Shown piece after piece: positions 50,711 to 60,639 of a stretch of DNA of 64,000 nt. The DNA is from a virus. Numbering within the stretch: position 1 is the stretch's first letter; the number at the start of each line of letters is the position of its first letter. The notes beneath the pieces were generated by a model. It had not been told where the DNA came from. It did no database searches and worked only from the letters and a program-made list of their open reading frames with translations. Both the position numbers and the translations under genes were made by a program. The DNA lies in IMG/VR virus record IMGVR_UViG_3300050343_000265, positions 19,954-83,953 of that record, one strand, 5' to 3'.

Positions 50711-51056
50711 TTAAATATAAGTGAAGCTTACATAATCTACACCTGGGTGCGTAAGTCCGATTGCTAATGCTGCTCCGTACGATAAGTCAAGCTCGCGAGC
50801 ACCAATAAAGGGGCCACGATCGTTGATACGTACATCCACGCATCCTTGGTAACAAACACGTAATTTTGTACCGAAAGGTAGCGTCTTATGTGCGGCGGTA
50901 TGTCCGTACATATTGTAAGTTTCGCCGTTGGCTGTGGTCCTGCCGTGGAAATAGCTACCGTACCAGGAAGAAAGCATGGAGCCTCCTGCCTGGACGGATG
51001 TGCCGAGGCTGAAGATTGCAGCAGCAGCGATAGCAGCTAATAGATTTAATAAACAT
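50711..51056 (-). CDS. RlpA-like lytic transglycosylase (signal-peptide part offset by one indel)
   Basis: SWYG..FHGR.TANGE...AAHKTLPFGT...INDRGPF...LDLS. Confidence 0.85.
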
Positions 51057-51120
51057 TTAGTTCATAACATTAAACTAAACCTAGAGTTAACAAATAGGGA
51101 GCACAATTAAGTGCTCCCAA

Positions 51121-52113
51121 TTATATATCTAGCACGACAGGTTCCACTAAGGTCACGTGCGTATAGCAAAGGCTTTGCGATTTGCTGATCTGAGCACCAA
51201 TACCGAATGTGCCACGTGCAAACTGAGCACGAGTTTTGGCAGCAGTCTGATTACGAGTGCTTGTTTCTATTTGGGTAATAGCATTAAAGCCATTCCAAAG
51301 AGAGAATGAGGCATACTCTGAGCCATAGCCAGCACGGAATGCTTGCTCTAGCTTCTGACGTTTACGTAGGACATCACCTTCGTCTACGTTATATACCTCA
51401 TCAACGAACTCGTTGAACTGAGACATATTCATAGCTGTACGTGAGAACTCACGCATCAGGTCACATTCATGAGCAAAGTCTTGACGCGATACATCAATGC
51501 TGTTGATAAGAGCATCGAAGTTTGCGTTGGCAGTGCCCTTGTGAGTGATGCTTGAAGAAGCACCAGTGTCACGCAAGGCAGCAGTCAGTGTGTTCTGACA
51601 GACAACACGGATGTTGGTGAACTTTGCACCACAACCGGTCTTGCCGTCATGACCTAAGTAGCCGACGATGCGTCGTTTGACTGTGTCGCCAGGGACGATG
51701 TCCGTCTCCGCACCACGGAGTGTGGCGGTAAAGCAGACTTTGGCCCCGTCAGATAGAACGATGACGCAGTCCATGTCTGCCTCTTCGCGGATAAACTCCG
51801 CCATGCGAAGCAGCGATTCGTTTTGAACGATTTCGTACTGCTTGGTAACGACACCGAGCAAAGCTTGGGTGTCAGTACGGACAACTCCGAAGACACCTGC
51901 TGGTTCGTATGAAATACGTCCTGGCAAGTATCCATCGGTAGTTCCGTTGTCGTATTGACGGGGAACTTGAAGCTCTCGCTTCTCGACAGTAAATAGTGCG
52001 TCTGCTGTTTCAAACGCCTCTCGCGCTGGAAGCGTGCCAGGGGTGACAACCCCCTGCCCGTGCCATGCACGTTCGCCATTGCCGAGCCAGCCAGATGTGA
52101 AATTTGCGGACAT
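51121..52113 (-). CDS. DUF932-family phage/plasmid protein
   Basis: ERAWHGQG, VRTDT..LGVV...Y..VQN, GHDG, IRVVCQNTL; 3' end possibly frameshifted. Confidence 0.8.
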   Translation of the reverse strand: MSANFTSGWLGNGERAWHGQGVVTPGTLPAREAFETADALFTVEKRELQVPRQYDNGTTDGYLPGRISYEPAGVFGVVRTDTQALLGVVTKQYEIVQNESLLRMAEFIREEADMDCVIVLSDGAKVCFTATLRGAETDIVPGDTVKRRIVGYLGHDGKTGCGAKFTNIRVVCQNTLTAALRDTGASSSITHKGTANANFDALINSIDVSRQDFAHECDLMREFSRTAMNMSQFNEFVDEVYNVDEGDVLRKRQKLEQAFRAGYGSEYASFSLWNGFNAITQIETSTRNQTAAKTRAQFARGTFGIGAQISKSQSLCYTHVTLVEPVVLDI

Positions 52114-52284
52114 TTTGATGTAGCCATGTATTGGACACAAGTTGTAAAAGGCCCCGTTAGGGGTCCTCCAAAGTATGGCGATTAGTTTTTAAGAAACAAT
52201 GTGGTTAAATATACATTTCCTGAGTTACTTATGTCTGCATGTTTATCAGCCTAAGATTTGTTAAGTTAACAATCAAAAAAAAAA

Positions 52285-52602
52285 TTAAGCCTGAAGATCA
52301 ATGAACTGAGATATCTTCTCAGACATTTCCCAACCACCTTTATATTTCCCTGTTTTGCAAGCAACTAGATGCTCACAGGCAAAACATGGATGTCCATAAC
52401 ATTCTTTAGTAAGCCGTTTGTCAGCTTGGATACGTCTGAATGTAAATAATGAATTGATATATCCACAGTTTTCTGAATGTTTGTGCATAAAACAGCGAGT
52501 GGCTTCATACATCACTTCAGACATTGTCATGCCCCAAGCATTCGCGTAGTCCTTTAATACTGCGTGACACGGGTCAGGCATTTGAACTTGAATTTTTTTC
52601 AT
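52285..52602 (-). CDS. RHH-like + Cys-rich protein, paralogue 1
   Basis: KKIQVQM...VLKDYA..WGMTMSE.MYEA; CYG.PC..C.H..AC.TG.YK. Confidence 0.65.
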   Translation of the reverse strand: MKKIQVQMPDPCHAVLKDYANAWGMTMSEVMYEATRCFMHKHSENCGYINSLFTFRRIQADKRLTKECYGHPCFACEHLVACKTGKYKGGWEMSEKISQFIDLQA

Positions 52603-52946
52603 GTCTGACAGGTGTCACAGGAACAATTATTTGGTTGTTCTTTAAGCAAGTGCTTATATTCATCAGCAATTTCCCAGTCGTTTTTGTATAGACCAGTTCT
52701 GCACGCAAGTTGATGCTTGCAGCACCGGCACAGATATCCGTAGCAAGGCTTTGCAGAACGCTTATCTGGGCTGATCCCTTGTTTTCGAAGTATTCCATCT
52801 GCTAACTCGCAGATTTGAGAAGAGGCGTGTATGTGCTGTTTCGCAGCCTCATACATCAGCTCTCCCATGGTCATGCCCCAATAAGCGCAGTACTCTTTGA
52901 GGACAGCAGCAAATTGTTCGTCAACCTTGACGTCGATCCGCTGCAT
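52599..52946 (-). CDS. RHH-like + Cys-rich protein, paralogue 2
   Basis: QRIDVKV...VLKEYC..WGMTMGE.MYEA; CYG..C..C.H..AC.TG.YK. Confidence 0.65.
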   Translation of the reverse strand: MQRIDVKVDEQFAAVLKEYCAYWGMTMGELMYEAAKQHIHASSQICELADGILRKQGISPDKRSAKPCYGYLCRCCKHQLACRTGLYKNDWEIADEYKHLLKEQPNNCSCDTCQT

Positions 52947-53154
52947 AAATGCGAATATGAGAATGATTCCTTCTTGAACATAGGGGCAATGAGCCCGATC
53001 GGACACGATTTGAGCAAATTAGTTCTCGGTAAAGTTTTATTAAGTATTCATTATTAACATAATTCTGTAGCAAGGGTACAACCGTGGTTTTTTGCTTGTA
53101 TTCAGCTGCAAGGGAAGGGAAGTGCTCATAGAGTACCCCAATAGAATTATGGGA

Positions 53155-53258
53155 AAACTACGTTTGCTACGCTTCTCCCTTATATATCTCTTTTTTAATG
53201 CACCTCTCCTCTATTTATTTAATGGTTATATAGAGAATTAGCGTAGTTAGCGTAGCTT
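53155..53258. repeat. Inverted 9-bp-period iterons flanking an AT-rich core (copy B)
   Basis: CTAC at 53158/53167; GTAG at 53243/53252; 19-nt identity with 21549-21567. Confidence 0.7.
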
Positions 53259-53370
53259 TTTATATAGCAGATACTAAAAAACCCAGTACTTGACTGGGCT
53301 TTGGATGCTACGCAATTGTTGGCGTAAATTGAAAAACGTCTTTGACGCCGCCTGTATTTGTAGCCAAATT

Positions 53371-54009
53371 TTATTGAGCAAACTCATTAACGTCGGTAGT
53401 AGCTCGATAAGGATTTGCTTCTGCAGAATCGTATGCCATATCTTGAAAACTACTCTTATAAGGAGATAGATTTCCGCCAGCGCCGTAGCCTTCTTCCCAA
53501 TTAGCAAGAATATCTTCTTGCTTACGGAGTTCAGGTGACTTTTCATATGGTTCGTCAGTTAGATCAGGTGTGATAGAAGTATTAGTTTGTTCGTCATCGT
53601 TAGTAGACAAAGCATCAATTTTATCTTTTAGTAAACGTTGAGCATCGTTAACTAAGTTGTTTGTGACACCAGTAACATCTTTAATGGAAGAGTATTTACC
53701 TCCATTACCTGCTTTCTTGTGAAGCTTGTGAGCGCCACGTTGATAGGCAACATAGTCAGATAGTTTTCCGTCGCCTTCTATATCGTCCATATGCTGAGCA
53801 CTGGTGCGATAGTCAAAGTCATTACGGATTCGATCTTCGACAGCTGCTCTTAAGGCATCATCGTCAAAGTCTTCGTAACGACTGCCACCATGTGCGTCGT
53901 TGGTGAATTGATCTTGATCAATTCCATATGAGTCTGCCAACCCACGAATGTAATTACGCTGGCCCATAAGGCCTAATTTGTCGAACTTCTGTGGCCTGTC
54001 TCTTCCCAT
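53371..54009 (-). CDS. Hypothetical protein
   Basis: 212 aa ORF; TAAAAT box upstream. Confidence 0.65.
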   Translation of the reverse strand: MGRDRPQKFDKLGLMGQRNYIRGLADSYGIDQDQFTNDAHGGSRYEDFDDDALRAAVEDRIRNDFDYRTSAQHMDDIEGDGKLSDYVAYQRGAHKLHKKAGNGGKYSSIKDVTGVTNNLVNDAQRLLKDKIDALSTNDDEQTNTSITPDLTDEPYEKSPELRKQEDILANWEEGYGAGGNLSPYKSSFQDMAYDSAEANPYRATTDVNEFAQ

Positions 54010-54033
54010 GACACAATTAAATAGCTTTTAAAT

Positions 54034-54231
54034 CTATTTTACTTGGTCTGAAGTTGACTTTTTAGGTTTGTAGTAAAGAGGCTCGTCAAGATAATCGCAG
54101 ACAAGTTCTGCTAACTCCCAATAGTGAGTAAACCAGTCGGCTATTAGTCCTGAGTGGGGTAGTGCGTGATATCGATATTCGACATCATCTATTTCGTCAA
54201 GAATTTTGTCGCGTAGTTCCTGCTTGTTCAT
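54034..54231 (-). CDS. Hypothetical protein
   Basis: ORF track. Confidence 0.5.
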   Translation of the reverse strand: MNKQELRDKILDEIDDVEYRYHALPHSGLIADWFTHYWELAELVCDYLDEPLYYKPKKSTSDQVK

Positions 54232-54362
54232 TCATAGAGTCTAAGCATAAATAGTAATTAGTGCTGTCCATTAGCCCTAGTTACTTATACAAATTGCATA
54301 CAATTTATAAAGGAGAAGTTACTTATGTAAAACGTAAATAACACATAGGTATATAGATATGA

Positions 54363-55382
54363 GTGCCATCCGGAAAACCAAGACTTAGATTACATCAGCA
54401 AGCTGGCAGAGAATTTTCCGCTGCGAGTAATTATGAATTAATCAACAAAGCTAAGGCAATATTAGAAAATGAGCTGCAAGGCTATCGGGATGTATCCATT
54501 AATCCTAACGGTCGTCTGCATATAAGTTCAAAAGCAAATGCTCTTGATGAGAGCGAGTCCCAACAAATACTTTCACTATTGCTAGGAGCACATGCTGAAA
54601 CAGAAGCGCTAAAAGGACGTAGTATTCGGCCTAATGCCCCTGTTACGCAAGCTGAGCTTGAAGATAGAGCTGTTCTAGAGGAAATAATAGGTAGAGGGTT
54701 AATATCTGCAGAGGTAATAAATAATTTTGCAGCCAAGGGTTTTAGAGATCCTTCTAAAGTTTCTACAGATGATTTAAGTCAGAAGTTTCAAGATGACCTA
54801 TTTCAAATTGGGGCTGGGTATGAACCTGGAACAGGAGCTGCTTATACGTTGCAGCATAAACAATCAGGACATTTATTAGATGATAATTTATATCCTGAGT
54901 TAGGACATTCTATTGATAATATTGAACAACAATCAAGAAAAGTAAATCAGGTCACGGCTGATTCAGCAAAAGGCAGATCAGTAATTAATCCAAAATATAA
55001 ATCGATCGTAGATCAACGAAAAGCGGCATTAAATATGATTCGTGATCAATATCAGAAAGGGTATAAAGATACTGTTTATAATGATGATGGTGATTCAGAC
55101 ATTTACGGTAGCGCTTTGGATGAATTAATTAACGAAATTAGAATGGCTGACCCTGAAGTGTTAGCTGGTTATAACAAGTTAAAACAGAGTGCATTACAAG
55201 AAATTGATGCCAAGCGTGATGCTCAAGCTGCAGGTGCAGTGGTTGGAGAGAAGCCAACAGTAATCAATGCTGGTGAAGGATCACGTGTCTATGTTGAAGG
55301 CAGTAACGGCAATGGAAACGGACATAAAGTCGATAAAATTAAAGCAGCGATGAAGAATGGAAATGGGAACGGTAAACATTAA
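54363..55382 (+). CDS. Hypothetical protein with possible HNH-like motif
   Basis: SGHLL...YPELGHSIDNI.....VN. Confidence 0.55.
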   Translation: MPSGKPRLRLHQQAGREFSAASNYELINKAKAILENELQGYRDVSINPNGRLHISSKANALDESESQQILSLLLGAHAETEALKGRSIRPNAPVTQAELEDRAVLEEIIGRGLISAEVINNFAAKGFRDPSKVSTDDLSQKFQDDLFQIGAGYEPGTGAAYTLQHKQSGHLLDDNLYPELGHSIDNIEQQSRKVNQVTADSAKGRSVINPKYKSIVDQRKAALNMIRDQYQKGYKDTVYNDDGDSDIYGSALDELINEIRMADPEVLAGYNKLKQSALQEIDAKRDAQAAGAVVGEKPTVINAGEGSRVYVEGSNGNGNGHKVDKIKAAMKNGNGNGKH

Positions 55383-55383
55383 G

Positions 55384-55548
55384 TTAGTTCCAGCAACTTA
55401 GATATTCATCAGTTGAAACTAGGATTGTTTCCGTCAGAGGAAGGCGTGTCATTGATATTTGGTCTACGTCCATATAATCAACAGTCATAACGCCAGGGCT
55501 GGTTTCGATTGCACCGACGATAAACACTGACATAAGTAATGTGCACAT
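55384..55548 (-). CDS. Small hypothetical protein
   Basis: Manual: MCTLLMSVFIVGAIETSPGVMTVDYM...; approximate bounds. Confidence 0.4.
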   Translation of the reverse strand: MCTLLMSVFIVGAIETSPGVMTVDYMDVDQISMTRLPLTETILVSTDEYLSCWN

Positions 55549-55606
55549 ATTTATTGCATGAATAGATCACTAAAAAATAGGCTAGCCAATAGGCCAGCCA
55601 TATGTG

Positions 55607-55840
55607 TCAGTTGACAGGAAGGTTCGATTCGATTGTTTGAATCGCCTCGCGTAATGTTGCACCTGCATAACCAGATGCACCTGAGTAAAACTCAGTAGGC
55701 TCTGCATAGATGTCCTCTTGTGATTGAGGCCAGCTAAGAGGACGTGCCTTGCGACAGTAGCCTTCAGAGAGACGCATCATCGTGAGCAGATGATCAAGTT
55801 GATATCTAGGAATAGAGACCATCTCAAATTCGAAGTTCAT
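55607..55840 (-). CDS. Hypothetical protein
   Basis: ATG 55840 after the hairpin element; the longer track ORF overlaps the tRNA. Confidence 0.55.
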   Translation of the reverse strand: MNFEFEMVSIPRYQLDHLLTMMRLSEGYCRKARPLSWPQSQEDIYAEPTEFYSGASGYAGATLREAIQTIESNLPVN

Positions 55841-55900
55841 GTGTTCCGTATAGGGGACACAAAGAACTAAACCGCCCATTAGGGCGGAAGGTTGTTTAAA

Positions 55901-55972
55901 CGACCCATGCGAGATTTGAACTCGCGATACCACCGTGACAGGGTGGCGTGATAACCGCTTCACTAATGGGTC
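55901..55972 (-). tRNA. tRNA-Asp(GTC), CCA not encoded
   Basis: GACCCAT/ATGGGTC acceptor, GTGA/TCAC D arm, CCACC-CTGTCAC-GGTGG anticodon arm, GCGAG-TTCAAAT-CTCGC T arm. Confidence 0.95.
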
Positions 55973-56011
55973 TAGTAGGGGCATGGGGTTTAAGACCCCA
56001 GTACCTAGTAA

Positions 56012-56494
56012 TCACTCTTGGAAGCAATAAGTAACCATCCAATCCATTACATGGCTGGCTGAACGTAGTTCCATCCAGAATGCTTCTAGTTCGAGGCGTT
56101 TGTGATCACCTCGGTAGCCCTGGAGTGTTGCGTAGTAATGAGGAGCCATTTCTTGCAACTCACGCAAGACACGGGGTACATGTGAATCTGCAATTACAGG
56201 ACCTGCTTGACAGGCTTGCATGACATGAGTGGCTTCATGGGAAACCACTTCCCAGACAGCGTCTGCATCTTGCATATCGACTGCGTTCTTACAGATCGCC
56301 ATTAAGTCAATGCTGTTCTGTGGGTCATAGCTGTAGTAACCCATTACTCCTTCTTGAGAACAATTTTGAATTGAGACGGTAGTACCAGTCTGTTCTACAA
56401 GTTCTACAAGTGAACTCACATCTTGCCAGGATGTTGCACTTGCAGGCAATGCAAGAGCTAGTCCAGCAAGGACAGAAAATATTTGTTTGATCAT
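56012..56494 (-). CDS. Secreted zinc metallopeptidase-like protein
   Basis: Signal peptide; HEATH, downstream ELEA. Confidence 0.7.
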   Translation of the reverse strand: MIKQIFSVLAGLALALPASATSWQDVSSLVELVEQTGTTVSIQNCSQEGVMGYYSYDPQNSIDLMAICKNAVDMQDADAVWEVVSHEATHVMQACQAGPVIADSHVPRVLRELQEMAPHYYATLQGYRGDHKRLELEAFWMELRSASHVMDWMVTYCFQE

Positions 56495-56628
56495 TTTATT
56501 AATTCGCTTTAATGGAGTGTGGGTATAAGGATTCCAAAAATCATGCCTAGGCAGTACATAGCCAGGCCGTAAACAACAGTCGTTTCCTTCATATAAGACT
56601 ATACTCTACGTTATTAATTTAGCGTGAT

Positions 56629-57153
56629 TTATAGTCCATAGGGAAATACTTGTTCAGGATGTGCAGCCCAATATTCATCATTTTTTCTGAGATGCACGGC
56701 GTCGATGCCTTGCATGTGAGCGCCTTGAATGTTGTAAGGGGAGTCATCGAATAGTGTCCCAACTTGGCGGTAGTCTTCTTGTAGTTTTTGAAGCATTGCT
56801 TGCTTAGCAACACCAGATGGTTCCCCACCAGTGCTCAGCATGATTTGATCAAACGGTACGTTGTGCCGTTGAAGCCATTCGATAGTCTCTTGAAGACGTT
56901 CAGCAGGACGTGCTGTAGCGATAGCAATACGGTCGCCCTTGCTTGCAAGTAATTGCGCAAGTTCTACGACTGCTTCGTCAGCAGGAAAGTCCCGTGCAGC
57001 GTCAAAGAACTGATCTTTAGTCAGACCAGTGTTGTCAAAGCCTTCAGGCTTACGAGTAAGAGTGTCATCTACATCAAAAGCATGAACGATTGCCCGTTTA
57101 TCAGCAGGGGTTAGTTCGGCACCCTTAAAAAGATCACCGGCAAACTTTCTCAT
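56629..57153 (-). CDS. HAD-family phosphatase (PNKP phosphatase-like)
   Basis: FDVDDTL, ATARP, K, FDDS. Confidence 0.8.
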   Translation of the reverse strand: MRKFAGDLFKGAELTPADKRAIVHAFDVDDTLTRKPEGFDNTGLTKDQFFDAARDFPADEAVVELAQLLASKGDRIAIATARPAERLQETIEWLQRHNVPFDQIMLSTGGEPSGVAKQAMLQKLQEDYRQVGTLFDDSPYNIQGAHMQGIDAVHLRKNDEYWAAHPEQVFPYGL

Positions 57154-57224
57154 ATCTCTATTCGAGTAGATATTATTTATTGTAGTAATGTTGATAAAAT
57201 TAATAGATATAAGTCATATGTAAT

Positions 57225-58388
57225 ATGTCAAGAATAAGTCTTGCTAAACAGTTAGGAGGAGATCGTTTAGAAGCAGCTGCAGATGCACTACTTAACGACT
57301 TGACGGGGTCTACCCGTTATGGCAAGACAAGGGAAATGGATTATGTATTTCCTGGAGATCGCCTGACTGCAGATAATGTTGATGAGAGCATCACCCGTCT
57401 TGGCGCACGTAATCCTGCACAACTCACGTATGGGCTTGATGGCAGCATCGTGGGAATTGAGGGAGGAGACGTTATACGCAACAAGAAAGGAGGGATCAAC
57501 ATTGATCAAGTGCCGTCCCCCTATGGGAGGGACTACGTCAAGTACAGCCCTTCAGTAGTCGATAGCACTACAAGTGAACTAGTAGAAGCTCAGTTGTATC
57601 CAGAGCGCTTTACAGGCGCTACAGGCCAGCTAGGAGCTGCAAGAGATATGGGCTTGGCCCACAGGTACAACGACTACGAGGGATACAGGGCAATTAATGA
57701 CCGTATGGAGGTCACACCGGAAGCATTGGCGCGGTTTGGTGCAGTAGTCACCAAAGGAAAGGCAGATAAGCCTGTCGCGGCAGCAATGTCAGGTGGAGGT
57801 GCCATCCTCGGAAGCCGTGGAGACACCGTGTTGATTCCAGGGACAGACAAGGTATTCAGTTCATTACCCAGTGATGAGAAGGCTGCTTATTTAGGTGAGA
57901 GGGGAGATGTCTTTCTTAATCAGTGGCTACAGCAAAAGGGTGGTTCGATGGGAACAGCACAGTCAGTGATATTCCCTCCTGGGAGACCTAGCCATATGGA
58001 CCACATCCAATCGCTGTCAAGCAGCATTGATGCGAAAGGTCCGGCAGGGTGGGGTTATAGCGATGATCCAACTAACTTCAGCTATTTAGACGCTGACTAC
58101 AACGTCAATACAAAGCTGAACTACGACTTACAGACGGTGCATCAGCTCGGTCGTTTAGCCGACACCATGCGTCAAGACGGATATGGAGCACGGCTACCTA
58201 AGAACCTCACTGATAAGGAGTTAGGCGATCCAGACCGTAAGCGTCTGTCTCAGAATGAGGCCATTGGTGAGTTGGTCATGAAGACCATTCCACCTACGGC
58301 AGACACAAGGGAGCTGGAGTACGCCTTAGGGATGCTTCGTCAAGCAGAGCGTGAGCAAATGCAGTGGACTGGTGGGTTAGCTAGCTGA
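57225..58388 (+). CDS. Protein with HNH-like motif
   Basis: HMDHIQSLS...DDPTNFSYL...YNVNTK; GATAAAAT box upstream. Confidence 0.55.
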   Translation: MSRISLAKQLGGDRLEAAADALLNDLTGSTRYGKTREMDYVFPGDRLTADNVDESITRLGARNPAQLTYGLDGSIVGIEGGDVIRNKKGGINIDQVPSPYGRDYVKYSPSVVDSTTSELVEAQLYPERFTGATGQLGAARDMGLAHRYNDYEGYRAINDRMEVTPEALARFGAVVTKGKADKPVAAAMSGGGAILGSRGDTVLIPGTDKVFSSLPSDEKAAYLGERGDVFLNQWLQQKGGSMGTAQSVIFPPGRPSHMDHIQSLSSSIDAKGPAGWGYSDDPTNFSYLDADYNVNTKLNYDLQTVHQLGRLADTMRQDGYGARLPKNLTDKELGDPDRKRLSQNEAIGELVMKTIPPTADTRELEYALGMLRQAEREQMQWTGGLAS

Positions 58389-58593
58389 ACTCATCCATCC
58401 CTTGCATAAATTGGAGGGTAGGGCCGTATGCGGCCTGAATCTCGCGTGTTAGTGCTTTGAGCTTTAAAGCGTTGTGCACAGAACGAACAGTAGATATTGC
58501 AGATATGTCGCGAGCTTTGGCAGCAGAATTTACAGTTTGTTGAATAGAAGCTAGATCAGATAAACGTTCTCTATTGAAATTCATGATCGTCAA
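58381..58593 (-). CDS. Small protein, possible paralogue of next
   Basis: Shares R...AAYG.T..F. Confidence 0.5.
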   Translation of the reverse strand: MTIMNFNRERLSDLASIQQTVNSAAKARDISAISTVRSVHNALKLKALTREIQAAYGPTLQFMQGMDEFS

Positions 58594-58784
58594 ATTGATG
58601 GAAAGTCAGCAGCAGTAAACGGAACAGTTTGTCCGTATGCAGCTGCCATGTCACGTTGGGTCTGACGAGCAATGATTCGTTGAGCTTCGTCTTGACGTGC
58701 TTTCATAAGTTGCTCATTTCTCAGCATTGTTTGTGACATTGCTTGGAAAATACGATTGTTTCCAGCAAAGCGTTCAATATTCAT
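58590..58784 (-). CDS. Small protein
   Basis: ORF track; TAGAAT box upstream. Confidence 0.55.
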   Translation of the reverse strand: MNIERFAGNNRIFQAMSQTMLRNEQLMKARQDEAQRIIARQTQRDMAAAYGQTVPFTAADFPSI

Positions 58785-58809
58785 AGCTAAAACACACAGT
58801 ATTTATATT

Positions 58810-59028
58810 CTAAAGTTTTCCCTCAACTACAGAATTATGTGGAATTGATGTATATCCGTCAAATTCACCCTTGAGGACAGGGATGTGGATATTTTCTGTG
58901 ACCCATCGGCAGTCGTCTTCTGTTGGTCCAGTGACCATGCGGTCGCCAGACTTAAGCACAGAAGTATAAAGGCCAAACCTTGACTTTTGGATTGAAAACT
59001 CATATGTCTCCTTAGTTTTTCTAGGCAT
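58810..59028 (-). CDS. Hypothetical protein
   Basis: KSRFGLYTS, VEGKL motifs of cyanophage type. Confidence 0.6.
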   Translation of the reverse strand: MPRKTKETYEFSIQKSRFGLYTSVLKSGDRMVTGPTEDDCRWVTENIHIPVLKGEFDGYTSIPHNSVVEGKL

Positions 59029-59102
59029 TTGTATATTTAAGCTCTGTCCAGTTTAGTTAGAAACGTAAAAAAGTGGCCCTCATTAGAGGACCACATTGAT
59101 CA

Positions 59103-59528
59103 TTAAGCAACAGGTTCGAGAGCAGGAGCTTTGTCGATAACGACGTCACCTGCGTCATCTTTCTTGTAAGCACCGTAGCCACCACTCAACACAACAGCGT
59201 TGGTGAGTTTGAGCTCAGGGCGACGACGATACTCTGTTTTACCTGTCTTTTTGTCGAAGTAGGTTTCAGAGAAACCAGACAGATGACCGGTGACAGTAAT
59301 CGTACGTCCTGTCCAATCGCGATTGGATTTGATGAAGGTGTCAAGCAAACCGTTGTTGCTGTTGATCTTGACGGCAATAGCTTGTCCATCACTGACAAGA
59401 TCAGAAAGAACGGTCATGGAGAGAAACTCTCCATACTGACCGACAACGAGCTCTGCGAAGGACACTCGACCAGTGATGGTGAGAGCGTTGAAGTCCGCAA
59501 AGGTCTTCTTGTCGTTGGAAGTTGTCAT
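59103..59528 (-). CDS. OB-fold SSB-like protein
   Basis: NALTITGRV...GRTITVTGHL...Y.DK.TG. Confidence 0.6.
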   Translation of the reverse strand: MTTSNDKKTFADFNALTITGRVSFAELVVGQYGEFLSMTVLSDLVSDGQAIAVKINSNNGLLDTFIKSNRDWTGRTITVTGHLSGFSETYFDKKTGKTEYRRRPELKLTNAVVLSGGYGAYKKDDAGDVVIDKAPALEPVA

Positions 59529-59588
59529 GAGAAAAAACTCATATAAAGAACACGAGAAAAAAGAGGACCCATTAGGGTCCGTAGGTTG

Positions 59589-59981
59589 TTACTCACAACA
59601 AGGTGCGGGTATGACAGTGAAATCGTCATCGCACACACTGATTGTCGTCAGGATGTTCATGACTGCCTGTAATTTACCGGCATCTTTTGCCCATCCGACT
59701 GCTACAACTGTGTCATTGCTTTCAGCAAGACGTTCTGCTGCTTTTGTGTGCCATTCCATAAGGCTATGGATGATCTCACAGGCAGCAAGCTTGTGCACAA
59801 TCGGATGATTGATCTCGTCAGTCATATCAGAGAGCTTGTCACGGACAACTTCTGAGACTTCGTCTGCAGTACGTCCGTCATAGGGAGCTGCTTCTTTATC
59901 TACAGGCTCCACTTCTTGTTGAGCATTGACCATCAGATCCGCAAGATCTTCGAAGGAAATGCTGTCAGGAGTTGCGCTCAT
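59589..59981 (-). CDS. Hypothetical acidic protein
   Basis: ORF track; hairpin element upstream. Confidence 0.6.
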   Translation of the reverse strand: MSATPDSISFEDLADLMVNAQQEVEPVDKEAAPYDGRTADEVSEVVRDKLSDMTDEINHPIVHKLAACEIIHSLMEWHTKAAERLAESNDTVVAVGWAKDAGKLQAVMNILTTISVCDDDFTVIPAPCCE

Positions 59982-60170
59982 ATTTTATGCGTAAAGAACA
60001 TTAGAAACTTAAGGACCCATTAGGGTCCAAAGTTCTACCTGTGAGCTACTTGCTTAGCGATACGGATGTATTGTTTGCGTTTGTTAGCAAGATAATTAGC
60101 CACAATGATGTTCATGGTCTCCATGTGTAGTACATGAGTAAAAAGAGACCCCATTAGGGGCCTCGTGTTC

Positions 60171-60317
60171 TTAGTGATGAGGTCGGCGGCATAGCCACTC
60201 ATCTGATTCCATCATCGCTTCACGGATGATGTATGCACGACGTGCCGCTTCTTCGGAAAGCTCTTGATATTCAAGAGTACCGGGGCAGTCATGTGGATCC
60301 AGAGGTAATTCAGTCAT
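60171..60317 (-). CDS. Small hypothetical protein
   Basis: Manual: MTELPLDPHDCPG...; hairpin element upstream. Confidence 0.4.
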   Translation of the reverse strand: MTELPLDPHDCPGTLEYQELSEEAARRAYIIREAMMESDEWLCRRPHH

Positions 60318-60377
60318 ACCTATATTGTTATGGACAATGGAGTCAAAACCCCCTATTAGGGGGGTCTTATGTGTTAC

Positions 60378-60590
60378 TCAGACGAGCGCAGCACAGAAGT
60401 GTGCATGCTCAGCGTCAGAAATGAAATCACCGATTGCTTCGTTGACAAGAGGTACAGAACCATCATTTAGATGGGTGTACTCCTCTTCTTTCGTGAGGTA
60501 GCTGAAGGCGTCTTCGTTCTGAGCAACTACAAGACTGATGCCAGGTACCAGTGTGTCACTGATGATCTGGAAGTCGTAAGTAGTCGCCAT
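60378..60590 (-). CDS. Hypothetical protein (MATTYDFQII...)
   Basis: ATG 60590 after hairpin element; track ORF 60378-60893 looks like an artefactual fusion. Confidence 0.55.
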   Translation of the reverse strand: MATTYDFQIISDTLVPGISLVVAQNEDAFSYLTKEEEYTHLNDGSVPLVNEAIGDFISDAEHAHFCAALV

Positions 60591-60639
60591 AAAGACAGAA
60601 TGATGAAGAACATCAATTCTTAGAGGACCCATTAGGGTC

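Noticed and set aside
55841-55984. N-terminal extension of ORF 55607-55984
   Set aside because: It overlaps tRNA-Asp and the hairpin element; ATG 55840 fits better.
59076-59091. Hairpins at 59076, 62535, 48280 and 49259 as members of the early element
   Set aside because: They lack the TG box at the 12-nt position and have T tracts, so they are treated as ordinary terminators.
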